A program made the translations under genes and the position numbers. DNA of 59,965 nucleotides from Flavobacteriaceae bacterium. GTDB lineage: Bacteria; Bacteroidota; Bacteroidia; Flavobacteriales; Flavobacteriaceae. How positions within the stretch are numbered: position 1 is the first letter of the stretch; each line of letters opens with the position of its first letter. The DNA is taken from contig JAWUYQ010000068.1 in the NCBI GenBank assembly GCA_034110725.1, positions 1 to 59,965 on the forward strand. The letters are read 5' to 3'. Below the pieces are notes generated by a model. The model made no database searches. It was given only the letters and a program-made list of their open reading frames with translations, and was not told the DNA's origin. Of the stretch, positions 1-9,561 are shown piece by piece.

Positions 1-1
1 C

Positions 2-358
2 TACTTTAATTATATTGTCCCCATTATTAATAATGAATCAACTCGATTAAATAAAAGGCCAGAGAAAGGAATTTGGGCTAATTTGTATGAGTTTCCTTTG
101 GTTGAAACAGATGAAACCGTTGAATTTGACGAGTTATTAGAGAAAATTATGGAAAAGGAGTTGTTGACTGAGCCTTTTGAGTTGAGTATGTATAATGAAA
201 AAGAAATAGTGCATAAATTGTCACATCAACACATATATACCAGGTTCTGGATTGCAGTTGCTCATGAGGAAGTACAACAGGTAATTCCGGTTTCAGAAAT
301 TGAAAAATACCCCGTTCCAGTTTTGATTGCAAACTTTATTAATGAGTTCTCGTTTTAA
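2..358 (+). CDS. mutY: A/G-specific adenine glycosylase MutY, C-terminal (NUDIX-like) part; the 5' end lies outside the window
   Basis: The frame is open from nt 2 through the tracked ORF 83-358. The stretch ...RPEKGIWANLYEFPLVE... resembles the MutY C-terminal domain. The gene sits directly upstream of ssb. Confidence 0.6.
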   Translation, partial: YFNYIVPIINNESTRLNKRPEKGIWANLYEFPLVETDETVEFDELLEKIMEKELLTEPFELSMYNEKEIVHKLSHQHIYTRFWIAVAHEEVQQVIPVSEIEKYPVPVLIANFINEFSF

Positions 359-403
359 ATGAATTAAAAATTCACTATTTTTGATATAAAGACAAATTAT
401 AAT

Positions 404-847
404 ATGAGCACTTTAAACAAAGTAATGTTAATAGGGAATTTAGGAGATGAAGTTAAAATGCAGTATTTTGAAGGAGGTAATAGTGTGGGGAGATTTCCGA
501 TAGCGACAAGTGAAACTTACACTAGTAAGCAAACTGGTGAGCGAGTTACCAATACAGAATGGCATAATATTGTAGTACGTAATAAAGCTGCAGAAATTTG
601 TGAAAAATACCTTAAAAAAGGAGATAAAATATACGTTGAAGGACGTATAAAATCAAGGCAATGGCAAGGTGAAGATGGAAACACGAGATATTCTACTGAA
701 ATTCAGGTACAAGATTTTACATTCTTATCACCAAAATCCGACGGAGCAGGGCAACAACAGGCTTCAAATGTAGGGCAAGATCCTGCTGTGCAACAACAGC
801 CGCCACAACAATCTGCTTCAGATGATAATGATGATTTACCATTTTAA
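404..847 (+). CDS. ssb: single-stranded DNA-binding protein
   Basis: OB-fold N-terminus (NKVMLIGNLG...TEWH), a Q/P-rich linker and an acidic C-terminal tip DDNDDLPF. Confidence 0.95.
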   Translation: MSTLNKVMLIGNLGDEVKMQYFEGGNSVGRFPIATSETYTSKQTGERVTNTEWHNIVVRNKAAEICEKYLKKGDKIYVEGRIKSRQWQGEDGNTRYSTEIQVQDFTFLSPKSDGAGQQQASNVGQDPAVQQQPPQQSASDDNDDLPF

Positions 848-871
848 TACTTAACTAAAACAAATTTTATA

Positions 872-2161
872 TTGGACCCCAGTATTCCGTTTTTTACTAC
901 ATTACTTAGCAGCAGCTCATTAATTAGTATAGTAACACTTATTATTTTATTATTTTTTTCAGCATTAATTTCTGGATCTGAAGTTGCATTTTTTTCTTTA
1001 AAACAGACGCAGTTGGATGTTGAGTCAGAAACATTTAAGAAGAGGAAATTAGTAGCTAAACTATTATCTAACCCTAAACGTTTGTTAGCGACTATATTGG
1101 TTGCTAATAATTTTATTAATATTGCGATAGTTCTATTATTTGCATCTTTAAGTAGTATGTTACTTAAGGATCTGTCAGAAGAAATAAGATTTGTAATTGA
1201 GGTATTAGTAGTTACATTTTTAATTTTACTTTTCGGTGAAATACTACCTAAGGTATATGCTAGTAGGAATAACGAAAAGTTCTCCAGCTTCATGGCAAAG
1301 CCAATTGGGATAATGCAAAATTTATTGAGTGTTTTTAGTGTTCCTATGCAAATAGGAACTATTTTTTTAGAGAATAAATTATCAAAAACAAAGTCTGAAA
1401 TTAGTATTAGTAAATTGTCACAAGCTTTAGAGTTAACATCTGAGGAAGCAACAACTGATGAAGAGCAAAAAATACTTAGAGGGATAGTTTCTTTTGGAAA
1501 TACAGATACAAAGCAAGTAATGCGATCTAGGATGGATATTTTTGCTTTGGATATTGCTACATCTTTTTCTGAAATAATAAAACAAATTACTAAAGCAGGA
1601 TATTCAAGGATTCCTGTTTATGAAGAAAGCTTAGATAAAATAACCGGAGTATTATATGTAAAAGATTTGCTGCCGTATTTAGAAGAGGTAACTGTAAATT
1701 GGCAAGAACTAGTTAGAGAGCCGTTTTTTGTCCCAGAAAATAAAAAATTAGATGATTTGTTAAAGGAATTTCAAGAGAAAAAAGTCCATTTAGCAATAGT
1801 TGTTGATGAGTATGGAGGTACTTCAGGTGTGGTTTCGTTAGAAGATATTGTTGAAGAAATCATAGGAGATATTAATGATGAGTTTGATGATGAAAGTCTT
1901 ATATATTCAAAATTAGATGATTTCAATTATGTTTTCGAAGGAAAAACTTCATTAAAAGACATTTACAGAGTTGCAGGTTTGGATGTGGAATTGTTCGAGT
2001 CTAATAAAGGAGAAGCAGAAACAATAGCTGGTTTTGTTTTAGAAATTTCAGGTTCTTTTCCTAAAAAAAACGAGAAAATAACCTTTCATAAGCATGTCTT
2101 CACAATAGAATCGTTGGATAGAAAACGAATTAAGCAATTAAAAATTACCTTACCAAAATAG
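872..2161 (+). CDS. gldE: gliding motility-associated protein GldE (CNNM/TlyC family: DUF21 membrane domain, CBS pair, CorC_HlyC)
   Basis: TTG start giving (M)DPS.... N-terminal TM domain, a CBS-pair region (TKQVMRSRMDIF...GYSRIPVY) and a C-terminal CorC/HlyC-like domain. The position after ssb is typical of Flavobacteriia. Confidence 0.8.
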   Translation: MDPSIPFFTTLLSSSSLISIVTLIILLFFSALISGSEVAFFSLKQTQLDVESETFKKRKLVAKLLSNPKRLLATILVANNFINIAIVLLFASLSSMLLKDLSEEIRFVIEVLVVTFLILLFGEILPKVYASRNNEKFSSFMAKPIGIMQNLLSVFSVPMQIGTIFLENKLSKTKSEISISKLSQALELTSEEATTDEEQKILRGIVSFGNTDTKQVMRSRMDIFALDIATSFSEIIKQITKAGYSRIPVYEESLDKITGVLYVKDLLPYLEEVTVNWQELVREPFFVPENKKLDDLLKEFQEKKVHLAIVVDEYGGTSGVVSLEDIVEEIIGDINDEFDDESLIYSKLDDFNYVFEGKTSLKDIYRVAGLDVELFESNKGEAETIAGFVLEISGSFPKKNEKITFHKHVFTIESLDRKRIKQLKITLPK

Positions 2162-2229
2162 TATCATTTTATAAAAACAGTAGAAGTTGTTAAAAACTCC
2201 TTATTTTTGCGACTTAATTATTTAATGAT

Positions 2230-2586
2230 ATGGCAAGAGACGAGGAATTAAAAGAGCGTTGGGATAATGTAGTTAAGGTATTGTCTGATCAATTTGCTGA
2301 TGGTGATCCGCTTGATTTGGATAGCATCATCTATTTAATTGGTGTACAGGAGTTAGGTCAGTTAGATAGGAAATTCAAAAAAGACGATAAGGTAGATTTA
2401 ATTCACATAGCTATTTGTAGGTTGTTAGAACCTTATGGTTACTATGAATTTGAATTTTTTGATGATGATGGTTGGCCACATTATAAAACGTTAGAAGCTT
2501 TGCCTACGCTAAAAGCAGGAGAGCAAACTGTTTTAATGAAAGAAGCTGTTGTGGGGTATTTTTTAGAAAAGGAAATAATAGCATAA
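2230..2586 (+). CDS. hypothetical cytoplasmic protein (118 aa)
   Basis: Clean ORF between gldE and pheS with non-repetitive composition. No motif that I recognise. Confidence 0.5.
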   Translation: MARDEELKERWDNVVKVLSDQFADGDPLDLDSIIYLIGVQELGQLDRKFKKDDKVDLIHIAICRLLEPYGYYEFEFFDDDGWPHYKTLEALPTLKAGEQTVLMKEAVVGYFLEKEIIA

Positions 2587-2629
2587 AGAATTTTTAGTTG
2601 TAAATTTGCATTTCGCAAAAACGAGCACG

Positions 2630-3649
2630 ATGATAGATAAGATTAAGGAAATTATTGGAGAAGCTGAAGAGTTTAAAGCGCAAACAAAAGAAGAGGTAGA
2701 AGCGGTTAGAATTAAATACTTAGGTAAAAAAGGAGTGCTAAACGATTTTTTTGCTGAATTCAAAAATGTAGCAAATGATCAGAAAAAAGAATTTGGTCAG
2801 GCTATAAACAAGTTGAAGGCTACAGCCCAAGATAAAGTAAACTCCTTAAAGGAAGAATTAGAAGCTAAAGAAGAAGTAAAAGGTGGTTATGGTGATTTGT
2901 CTCGCCCAGCGGAACCTGTTTCTATAGGATCAAGACATCCTGTTTCTTTAGTTAAAAATCAAATCATAGATATCTTTTCAAATATTGGGTTTAATGTTTC
3001 TGAAGGTCCAGAAATTGAAGATGACTGGCATAATTTTACAGCATTAAACTTACCAGAATATCATCCAGCTAGAGACATGCAGGATACATTTTTCATACAA
3101 ACAGATCCTGATATTTTATTAAGAACACATACAAGTTCTGTTCAGGTTCGTTATATGGAAAATAATAAACCGCCAATTCGTACGATATCTCCGGGTAGAG
3201 TATTTAGAAATGAAGCTATTTCTTCTAGATCTCACTGTATATTTCATCAAGTAGAAGGATTGTATATTGATAAAGATGTTTCATTTGCTGACTTAAAACA
3301 GACCTTGTTGTACTTTACAAAAGAAATGTTCGGGAAATCTAAAATACGTTTACGTCCGTCATATTTCCCATTTACTGAGCCAAGTGCAGAAGTAGATATT
3401 TACTGGGGATTAAAAACGGAAACTGATTATAGAATTACAAAAGGAACCGGTTGGTTGGAGATTGGTGGATGCGGAATGGTAGATCCAAACGTATTAATTA
3501 ATTGCGGTATAGATCCTAAAGAATATTCAGGGTTTGCATTTGGAGTAGGAATTGAGCGAATAGCGATGTTGTTACATCAAATTGGTGATATTAGAATGTT
3601 TTATGAAAACGATGTTCGTTTCTTAGAACAGTTTAAATCGTCATTCTAA
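2630..3649 (+). CDS. pheS: phenylalanine--tRNA ligase alpha subunit
   Basis: Class II aaRS motifs (HPARDMQDTF, FRNEA..SRSH..FHQVEG, GFAFGVGIERIAM). The ATG at 2630 (MIDKIKE...) is preferred over the tracked TTG at 2606. Confidence 0.95.
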   Translation: MIDKIKEIIGEAEEFKAQTKEEVEAVRIKYLGKKGVLNDFFAEFKNVANDQKKEFGQAINKLKATAQDKVNSLKEELEAKEEVKGGYGDLSRPAEPVSIGSRHPVSLVKNQIIDIFSNIGFNVSEGPEIEDDWHNFTALNLPEYHPARDMQDTFFIQTDPDILLRTHTSSVQVRYMENNKPPIRTISPGRVFRNEAISSRSHCIFHQVEGLYIDKDVSFADLKQTLLYFTKEMFGKSKIRLRPSYFPFTEPSAEVDIYWGLKTETDYRITKGTGWLEIGGCGMVDPNVLINCGIDPKEYSGFAFGVGIERIAMLLHQIGDIRMFYENDVRFLEQFKSSF

Positions 3650-3721
3650 ATCATACTTTTACCTCTGTGTGAATGTTTAATTTTAAAATAATAGTATATC
3701 AGACAATTAATAATCATAGTA

Positions 3722-4273
3722 TTGGTTTTTGGAATATTGATTTTAGGATCATGTAAAGAAGATCCTACGCCTAAGCCAAAAGGATATTTGAAATTAGAAT
3801 ATCCTGAAGCCATTTATAAGGAGTATTTGTCTGATTGTCCTTTTACTTTTGAAATCAATTCGATTACTGAAATTGAGAAGCCAAGAGGTGGTGGAAATTA
3901 CTGTGGTATGAATTTAAGTTATCCACGTTTAAATGGAAAAATACATATCACATATATAGGTGTTGATGATGAGTTGTTGACTAAGTCATTAAAAGAAGCT
4001 CAGGATTTAACTCAGTCTCATGCTCAAAAAGCAGAAAGTATCGGAACTTATCCTTTTGAGGATGAAACTCATGATAGGTACGGAATGGTATATGAGATAG
4101 AGGGAGACGCAGCTTCGCCAGTACAATTTTATATTACAGATAATAAAAAACATTTCTTAAGGGGAGCGGCGTACTTTAACGTAAAACCTAATTACGATTC
4201 TATTTTACCTGCAGCATTATATCTTAAAAAAGACATTCAGGTATTGATGGAGAGTGTAGTTTGGAAGGATTAG
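3722..4273 (+). CDS. gldD: gliding motility lipoprotein GldD
   Basis: Short signal with lipobox (ILILGSC), followed by PKPKGYLKLEYP...CPFTFE...FYITD...YFNVKPNYDSILPA. This matches my recollection of GldD proteins. TTG start; there is no in-frame ATG upstream (stop at 3692). Confidence 0.7.
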   Translation: MVFGILILGSCKEDPTPKPKGYLKLEYPEAIYKEYLSDCPFTFEINSITEIEKPRGGGNYCGMNLSYPRLNGKIHITYIGVDDELLTKSLKEAQDLTQSHAQKAESIGTYPFEDETHDRYGMVYEIEGDAASPVQFYITDNKKHFLRGAAYFNVKPNYDSILPAALYLKKDIQVLMESVVWKD

Positions 4274-4353
4274 TTGTCACCTATAAGCACTTCAAAAATA
4301 TTGGCTAGATTTTTGTTCTTAAACTTTTGTAACTTTACAAAAAGGCGAAAATT

Positions 4354-5046
4354 ATGTTGGGATATTATATTATTGCAGGAGCAATAGCTTTACTAAGTTC
4401 TTTAGTAAGCAAACGATTACAAAATAAATTTAAGAAGTATTCTGGATTGCATTTAAGGAACGGAATGTCCGGGGCTGAAATAGCAGAAAAAATGCTTAAA
4501 GATCATGGTATTTCTGATGTAAAAGTAATTTCAACACCGGGGAGATTAACCGATCACTATAACCCAAGAGATAAAACAGTTAACTTAAGTGAGGTGGTGT
4601 ATAATCAACGAAATGCGTCTGCAGCTGCAGTTGCGGCTCATGAATGTGGTCATGCTGTGCAACATGCAACAGCGTATTCATGGTTAACAATGCGCTCAAA
4701 AATTGTACCTATTGTAAATGTAGCCTCTGGGTTGTCACAATGGGTGATTATGGGAGGTATAGCCTTGTCGTTTAGTTCTGCAATGGGGCAAATGGTTATG
4801 CTTGCTGGAATTGCTATTTATGGAGTAATGGCGTTATTTAGTGTGATTACTTTACCTGTTGAATATGATGCGAGTAATAGAGCGTTGGCTTGGTTGGAAA
4901 ATAAAAACATGTTGACTAGGGAAGAGCATGCTGGCGCAAAAGATGCTTTAAAATGGGCTGCAAGAACCTATTTAGTCGCTGCAATAGGAGCGTTGTCAAC
5001 ATTGGTCTATTTTATTGGGAGATATTTGTCTAGTAATAGGGATTAA
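4354..5046 (+). CDS. membrane zinc metallopeptidase (YugP-like, Zn_peptidase_2 family)
   Basis: N-terminal TM, an HExxH motif (AHECGHAVQH) and C-terminal TM helices. Confidence 0.8.
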   Translation: MLGYYIIAGAIALLSSLVSKRLQNKFKKYSGLHLRNGMSGAEIAEKMLKDHGISDVKVISTPGRLTDHYNPRDKTVNLSEVVYNQRNASAAAVAAHECGHAVQHATAYSWLTMRSKIVPIVNVASGLSQWVIMGGIALSFSSAMGQMVMLAGIAIYGVMALFSVITLPVEYDASNRALAWLENKNMLTREEHAGAKDALKWAARTYLVAAIGALSTLVYFIGRYLSSNRD

Positions 5047-5072
5047 TAATAGGGTAGGTTAAATTGAAATAG

Positions 5073-5098
5073 AAGCGATCTGAAAGGTCGCTTTTTTT
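5073..5098 (+). terminator. rho-independent terminator
   Basis: 8-bp stem 5073-5080/5086-5093 (one G:U pair), loop TGAAA, then a T7 run. Confidence 0.55.
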
Positions 5099-5113
5099 AT
5101 GTAGTTTTGAGTT

Positions 5114-5689
5114 ATGGAACAACTGAAACTTTTTTTTGAATTAGGATTAACTCATGTGTTGGATATAAATGGGTATGATCATGTGCTTTTTTTGGTAGTA
5201 TTAGCTGCTCCGTATCTGTTTTCGAATTGGAAAAAAGTATTGTTTTTGGTAACTGTTTTTACCGTTGGGCATTCAGTATCATTGATATTATCAAGTTATA
5301 AACTTGTTTCTGTAAATAGTGATTTGGTCGAATTTATTATTCCAGTAACAATTGCTATCACCGCATTATTTAATATAATTACATCCGGTAAAATAATTCA
5401 TAACACAAAAATTGGCTTGATGTTTTTTATCACCTTGCTTTTTGGAGTTATTCACGGATTAGGATTTTCTAATTACTTTAAAATGATTGTTGGTAATACT
5501 GATTATAAATTTATACCACTAATAGAATTTGCTTTAGGGGTTGAAGTTGCTCAGATAATAATAGTTGTAGTGGTGCTGTTGTTGAGTAGTGTGGCACAAA
5601 GCATATTAAATATATCAAAAAAGGACTGGGTGTTGGTATTGTCGTCAATTACATTGGGTTTAGTGATACCTATGTTATTATCTAGGTGA
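5114..5689 (+). CDS. HupE/UreJ family membrane protein
   Basis: About 6 TM helices. The N-terminal G..H....YDH.LFL pattern is typical of HupE/UreJ. Confidence 0.6.
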   Translation: MEQLKLFFELGLTHVLDINGYDHVLFLVVLAAPYLFSNWKKVLFLVTVFTVGHSVSLILSSYKLVSVNSDLVEFIIPVTIAITALFNIITSGKIIHNTKIGLMFFITLLFGVIHGLGFSNYFKMIVGNTDYKFIPLIEFALGVEVAQIIIVVVVLLLSSVAQSILNISKKDWVLVLSSITLGLVIPMLLSR

Positions 5690-5754
5690 TTTTAACATAA
5701 CCTTAAACAAACAATATTTATTAATTAGTAGTTTAGTAATATAACATACAAGTA

Positions 5755-6198
5755 ATGTCAGAAATTAAGCAATTGCGATATGATAAGGCCTATTTAAGAA
5801 TGGCAAGTGAGTGGGGAAAACTATCTCATTGTATCAGAAAACAAGTAGGTGCAATTATTGTAAAAGATAGGATGATTATTTCTGACGGATATAACGGATC
5901 GCCAACAGGATTTGATAATTATTGTGAAGACGAGGAAGGGTATACCAAATGGTATGTGTTACATGCGGAAGCTAATGCTATTTTAAAAGTTGCAGCTTCA
6001 ACGCAATCCTGTGAAGGTTCTACTTTGTATATAACATTGTCTCCGTGTAAAGAGTGCAGTAAATTAGTGCATCAATCTGGAATAAAAAGAGTAGTGTATA
6101 AAGAAGGGTATAAGGATGACTCAGGAATAAAGTTTTTGGAAAAAGCTGGAATTGAGGTAATCCAATTACAAGATGATTCTTTTAGTGTTGAGAATTAA
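5755..6198 (+). CDS. deoxycytidylate (dCMP) deaminase
   Basis: Cytidine/deoxycytidylate deaminase zinc motifs HAEANAI and PCKECSKL; size 147 aa. Confidence 0.85.
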   Translation: MSEIKQLRYDKAYLRMASEWGKLSHCIRKQVGAIIVKDRMIISDGYNGSPTGFDNYCEDEEGYTKWYVLHAEANAILKVAASTQSCEGSTLYITLSPCKECSKLVHQSGIKRVVYKEGYKDDSGIKFLEKAGIEVIQLQDDSFSVEN

Positions 6199-6228
6199 AA
6201 GAAGGTTGTTTAAGAGAATAAAAATAAG

Positions 6229-6903
6229 ATGAAATTAATTACGTTACTATTTATTCTATTTGTTGCAAATTGCTCAGCTCAAAAAATGTATACTTTTGAT
6301 TACTTTCTTGAGTATGAAAAAACTTTTTATAAAGAAGATTCTATAAAAAGTAAAAGGATGTATTTAACGAATTCTAAAGATAATAGTTATTATGCAGAAC
6401 TAACATCAATCGATAATTTGAAGTTTAAGCTAGTATTTGTAGATTATGATAAAATTTACGCTGACGTAAGGGTGTTAAAATCGGATTTTTATAAAGCAGA
6501 ATTTATAAATATTGGATATGATAAAGCCATTAGACATAGGGGTATTAAGAATTACAGTAATAAAAAATATGATTATTTTTTATTAAAGGATACATTGATC
6601 AATAAAAAAGAATGTGCTGTCTATAAATTAAGGCCTAATTGTAATTTTAAAAATAAAACACGTAAATCAGCTGGTGCAAATCTTTATATAGTAGACAAAT
6701 CTACAAGTTTTCATATGCCTATTTTATTTCGTTCACTGGCGTATGAGGAATGGAAATTAGAAGGAAATTTACCTTATGGAATATTTATAGAGAAAAAACA
6801 TATTAATGGTTTAAATGAAGATCATAGTTCAGAAAAACTTCTTCGGTATACTAAGATTGATAAAAAAATAACTATGCCAAAAGAGTGTAGTTTATTATAT
6901 TAA
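6229..6903 (+). CDS. secreted hypothetical protein, possibly a divergent GLPGLI-family member
   Basis: Signal peptide (LFILFVANCSAQ). The overall layout and the C-proximal GNLPYGIFIE recall the GLPGLI motif of a Flavobacteriia paralog family. This is a weak assignment. Confidence 0.45.
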   Translation: MKLITLLFILFVANCSAQKMYTFDYFLEYEKTFYKEDSIKSKRMYLTNSKDNSYYAELTSIDNLKFKLVFVDYDKIYADVRVLKSDFYKAEFINIGYDKAIRHRGIKNYSNKKYDYFLLKDTLINKKECAVYKLRPNCNFKNKTRKSAGANLYIVDKSTSFHMPILFRSLAYEEWKLEGNLPYGIFIEKKHINGLNEDHSSEKLLRYTKIDKKITMPKECSLLY

Positions 6904-6968
6904 TGTACTTGTAGCTATAAATTATGAAGTGTAGCTTTTGAAATGATAAAACAGAAAGATAAATTAAG

Positions 6969-8561
6969 ATGAAGTATAAAAAGAAATATCTACCATTAAT
7001 TATTGGATTAACCCTAGCCGTTGGTTTTTGGGGAGGTGGTTTGTTTCATTTTGATACAGGAGCAGATTTATTTGTAGAGTCTTCTAAAAAGCAGAAATTA
7101 AGTAAGCTAATTGATTATATAGATAATGAGTATGTTGATGATGTAAATACAGATAGTATTGTTGATGTAACGGTAAATAAAATATTAGGAAATCTAGATC
7201 CTCATTCGGTTTATATACCAAAGAAAAATTTATCATCTATTACCGAGTCTATGAATGGTGAGTTTGTAGGTATTGGAGTCTCATTTTATGTGAAAAAAGA
7301 TACGATTTCAGTAATAAAAATCATAGCTGGTGGTCCGAGTGAAAAAGTTGGGATTCAAGCTGGGGATAAAATTTTAATTGCTGATAAGGATACCTTGTTT
7401 GGGGCTGGAATAACTAATAAAAAAGTAATTAAAACGCTTAAAGGAGAAATTGATTCAAAGGTAGAATTAGTAGTATATAGAGCATCAGAAAATAAAAAGT
7501 TTTCAATTATTGTTACACGTGGGCTAGTCCCTATAAAAAGTGTTCCTATTGCTTATATGATTGAAAATGATCTAGGATATATAAAAATAAATCGTTTCGC
7601 AGAAACAACTTATAGGGAGTTTAAAACTGAGTTAAACAAACTAATATCTGAAGGTATGACGAGTCTTGTTTTGGACTTAAGAGGTAACCCAGGAGGTTTT
7701 TTAGATAGAGCACAACAAATAGTTGATGAGTTTTTAGAAGATGATAAATTAATCTTGTTTACAAAAAACAAAAAAGGAGAAGTGCAAAAATTCTTTGCTA
7801 CCGAAAAAGGGGGTTTCGAAAAAGGAGAAGTGTTTGTATTGCAGGATGAGGAATCAGCATCTGCAAGTGAAATTATTGCAGGGGCGTTACAGGATAACGA
7901 TAAAGGAACAATAGTTGGAAGACGATCATTTGGAAAAGGATTGGTGCAAAGAGAAATGCAATTAGGTGACGGTAGTGCTGTTCGTTTAACAGTGTCAAGA
8001 TATTATACGCCAACCGGAAGGTCAATTCAAAAACCATATACTTCAAAGAACGACCAGGATTATTATGATGAATATAGGAAAAGATATATTTCTGGGGAAT
8101 TAACAGATTCTACACAAATAGAGGTTGCTGATTCTTTAAAATTCACTACTCCAAAAGGAAAAGTGGTTTACGGTGGTGGAGGAATCATACCTGATGTTTT
8201 TGTCCCTATTGAAGCGAATGAAGAATACGAAAAAGTTTACTATGCAATAAACTCTAATTTGATTAGTAATTTTGTGTTTCTCATGTTGGAAAAAGAGAGG
8301 AAGTATTATAATGGTTTAACTAAAGAAGATTTACTTGATAAACATGTTGTATCTGACGAGGTTGTGTTAGAGTTTAAAGACAATGTTAGAGCTTTTGTAA
8401 GAGGGCAATGGTCAATTAATACATTTGACTATGACGAGCAGATTAAAAGGGCAGTAAAAGCAGAAATAGCTTCGCAATTGTTTGATGAAAATATAGCGTA
8501 TCAAATAAAGGATGAGGATGATACGATGATTCAAAAAGTAAAAGAATTACTTCAAAAATAA
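6969..8561 (+). CDS. S41 family C-terminal processing peptidase
   Basis: N-terminal TM, a PDZ region (GIGVSF...GGPSEKVGIQAGDKIL), an S41 catalytic core (DLRGNPGG, SASASEI, GKG..Q) and a C-terminal extension. Confidence 0.9.
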   Translation: MKYKKKYLPLIIGLTLAVGFWGGGLFHFDTGADLFVESSKKQKLSKLIDYIDNEYVDDVNTDSIVDVTVNKILGNLDPHSVYIPKKNLSSITESMNGEFVGIGVSFYVKKDTISVIKIIAGGPSEKVGIQAGDKILIADKDTLFGAGITNKKVIKTLKGEIDSKVELVVYRASENKKFSIIVTRGLVPIKSVPIAYMIENDLGYIKINRFAETTYREFKTELNKLISEGMTSLVLDLRGNPGGFLDRAQQIVDEFLEDDKLILFTKNKKGEVQKFFATEKGGFEKGEVFVLQDEESASASEIIAGALQDNDKGTIVGRRSFGKGLVQREMQLGDGSAVRLTVSRYYTPTGRSIQKPYTSKNDQDYYDEYRKRYISGELTDSTQIEVADSLKFTTPKGKVVYGGGGIIPDVFVPIEANEEYEKVYYAINSNLISNFVFLMLEKERKYYNGLTKEDLLDKHVVSDEVVLEFKDNVRAFVRGQWSINTFDYDEQIKRAVKAEIASQLFDENIAYQIKDEDDTMIQKVKELLQK

Positions 8562-8666
8562 AGTTGTAAAAAAAATCAAAAAAACTTAACATGTGTTAAA
8601 GATTTAATGTTATATTTGACCCATATAAGAAAAAGTTTTTTTTCGTATTAAGTAAAACCACTGATT

Positions 8667-8696
8667 AAAAACCGAGCTGAAGAGCTCGGTTTTTTT
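8667..8696. terminator. bidirectional rho-independent terminator
   Basis: Perfect 8-bp stem 8671-8678/8683-8690 (ACCGAGCT/AGCTCGGT), loop GAAG, with an A-run on the left and T6 on the right. It lies between convergent genes. Confidence 0.65.
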
Positions 8697-8749
8697 AATT
8701 TATGGCAATTGATATTATTTTGAAGATTTGATTCTAGGGAAAAGCTGTT

Positions 8750-9352
8750 TTATTTTTTGTCGTGAACTTTTGTGTGTTCGCCATTGTTCCATAAGGTAAG
8801 TATGTCGGTGGCTACCTGAGCGCCGCTTCCACATGCTATTGAAAATTGACTTCTCCAGCCAGCAAGTGATCCAGCTACAAACAAATTGGGTTTAACCAGA
8901 TGAAGTACGTTTTTTAACTGTACTCTATTTTTTTCTGGCTTAGCCATTTGATGAGGTATAAGATAGTTTTCTAATCCTTTAATGGTAAAAGGACTAGTGT
9001 ATCCAGTTGCTACGACTATTGATCTTGCAGTGTGCTTTTTTTTGTTTGTAAGTACTTCAAAATAAGATTCACAGTCTATTATTTCATAAACTTTCTCATT
9101 TTCAATTTGAGTAAGTTTAGGGTATAAATCGTTAAGTTGTCTCTTACCACTTTCAAGAATATCTTCTCCTAGAGTCCCAGGGGTTAAACCAAGTACATTA
9201 TTGAATAAAGCTAATTGTAGGTGTGATGTTTTTTGATGAACAATGAGTCCTGCTTTCTTGTGTTCTGCAAAAGTTTTGTTCAATGCAGAGCCGATAATTA
9301 AAGCGCATGACATTCCTGAGGCACCACCACCGATGATTAATGTGTCAAACAT
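8750..9352 (-). CDS. short FAD-dependent oxidoreductase (thioredoxin-reductase-like FAD domain only)
   Basis: N-terminal GGGASG dinucleotide-binding motif and a C-terminal LFVAGSLAG...GSGAQVA motif. At 200 aa there is no room for a separate NAD(P)H domain. Confidence 0.7.
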   Translation of the reverse strand: MFDTLIIGGGASGMSCALIIGSALNKTFAEHKKAGLIVHQKTSHLQLALFNNVLGLTPGTLGEDILESGKRQLNDLYPKLTQIENEKVYEIIDCESYFEVLTNKKKHTARSIVVATGYTSPFTIKGLENYLIPHQMAKPEKNRVQLKNVLHLVKPNLFVAGSLAGWRSQFSIACGSGAQVATDILTLWNNGEHTKVHDKK

Positions 9353-9356
9353 TATT

Positions 9357-9551
9357 TTAACCTATCTTTTTTTCAATACGTTTAGAAACTGTAAAAATAG
9401 CTAAGATTAACAAAGCGATTACTGCTGCTAAAATTTCAATTAAAGCAATAGTGCCTTCTCCTTGAAAAGGATTGTTGAAATCAATATTTGTGATATTAAA
9501 AACAATTAAACCAATGGCTATGATACTTAATACAATACTTACTGTTTTCAT
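9357..9551 (-). CDS. small two-TM membrane protein
   Basis: 64-aa ORF with two hydrophobic helices, packed tightly between neighbouring genes on the same strand. Confidence 0.4.
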   Translation of the reverse strand: MKTVSIVLSIIAIGLIVFNITNIDFNNPFQGEGTIALIEILAAVIALLILAIFTVSKRIEKKIG

Positions 9552-9561
9552 GTTGTTTATT

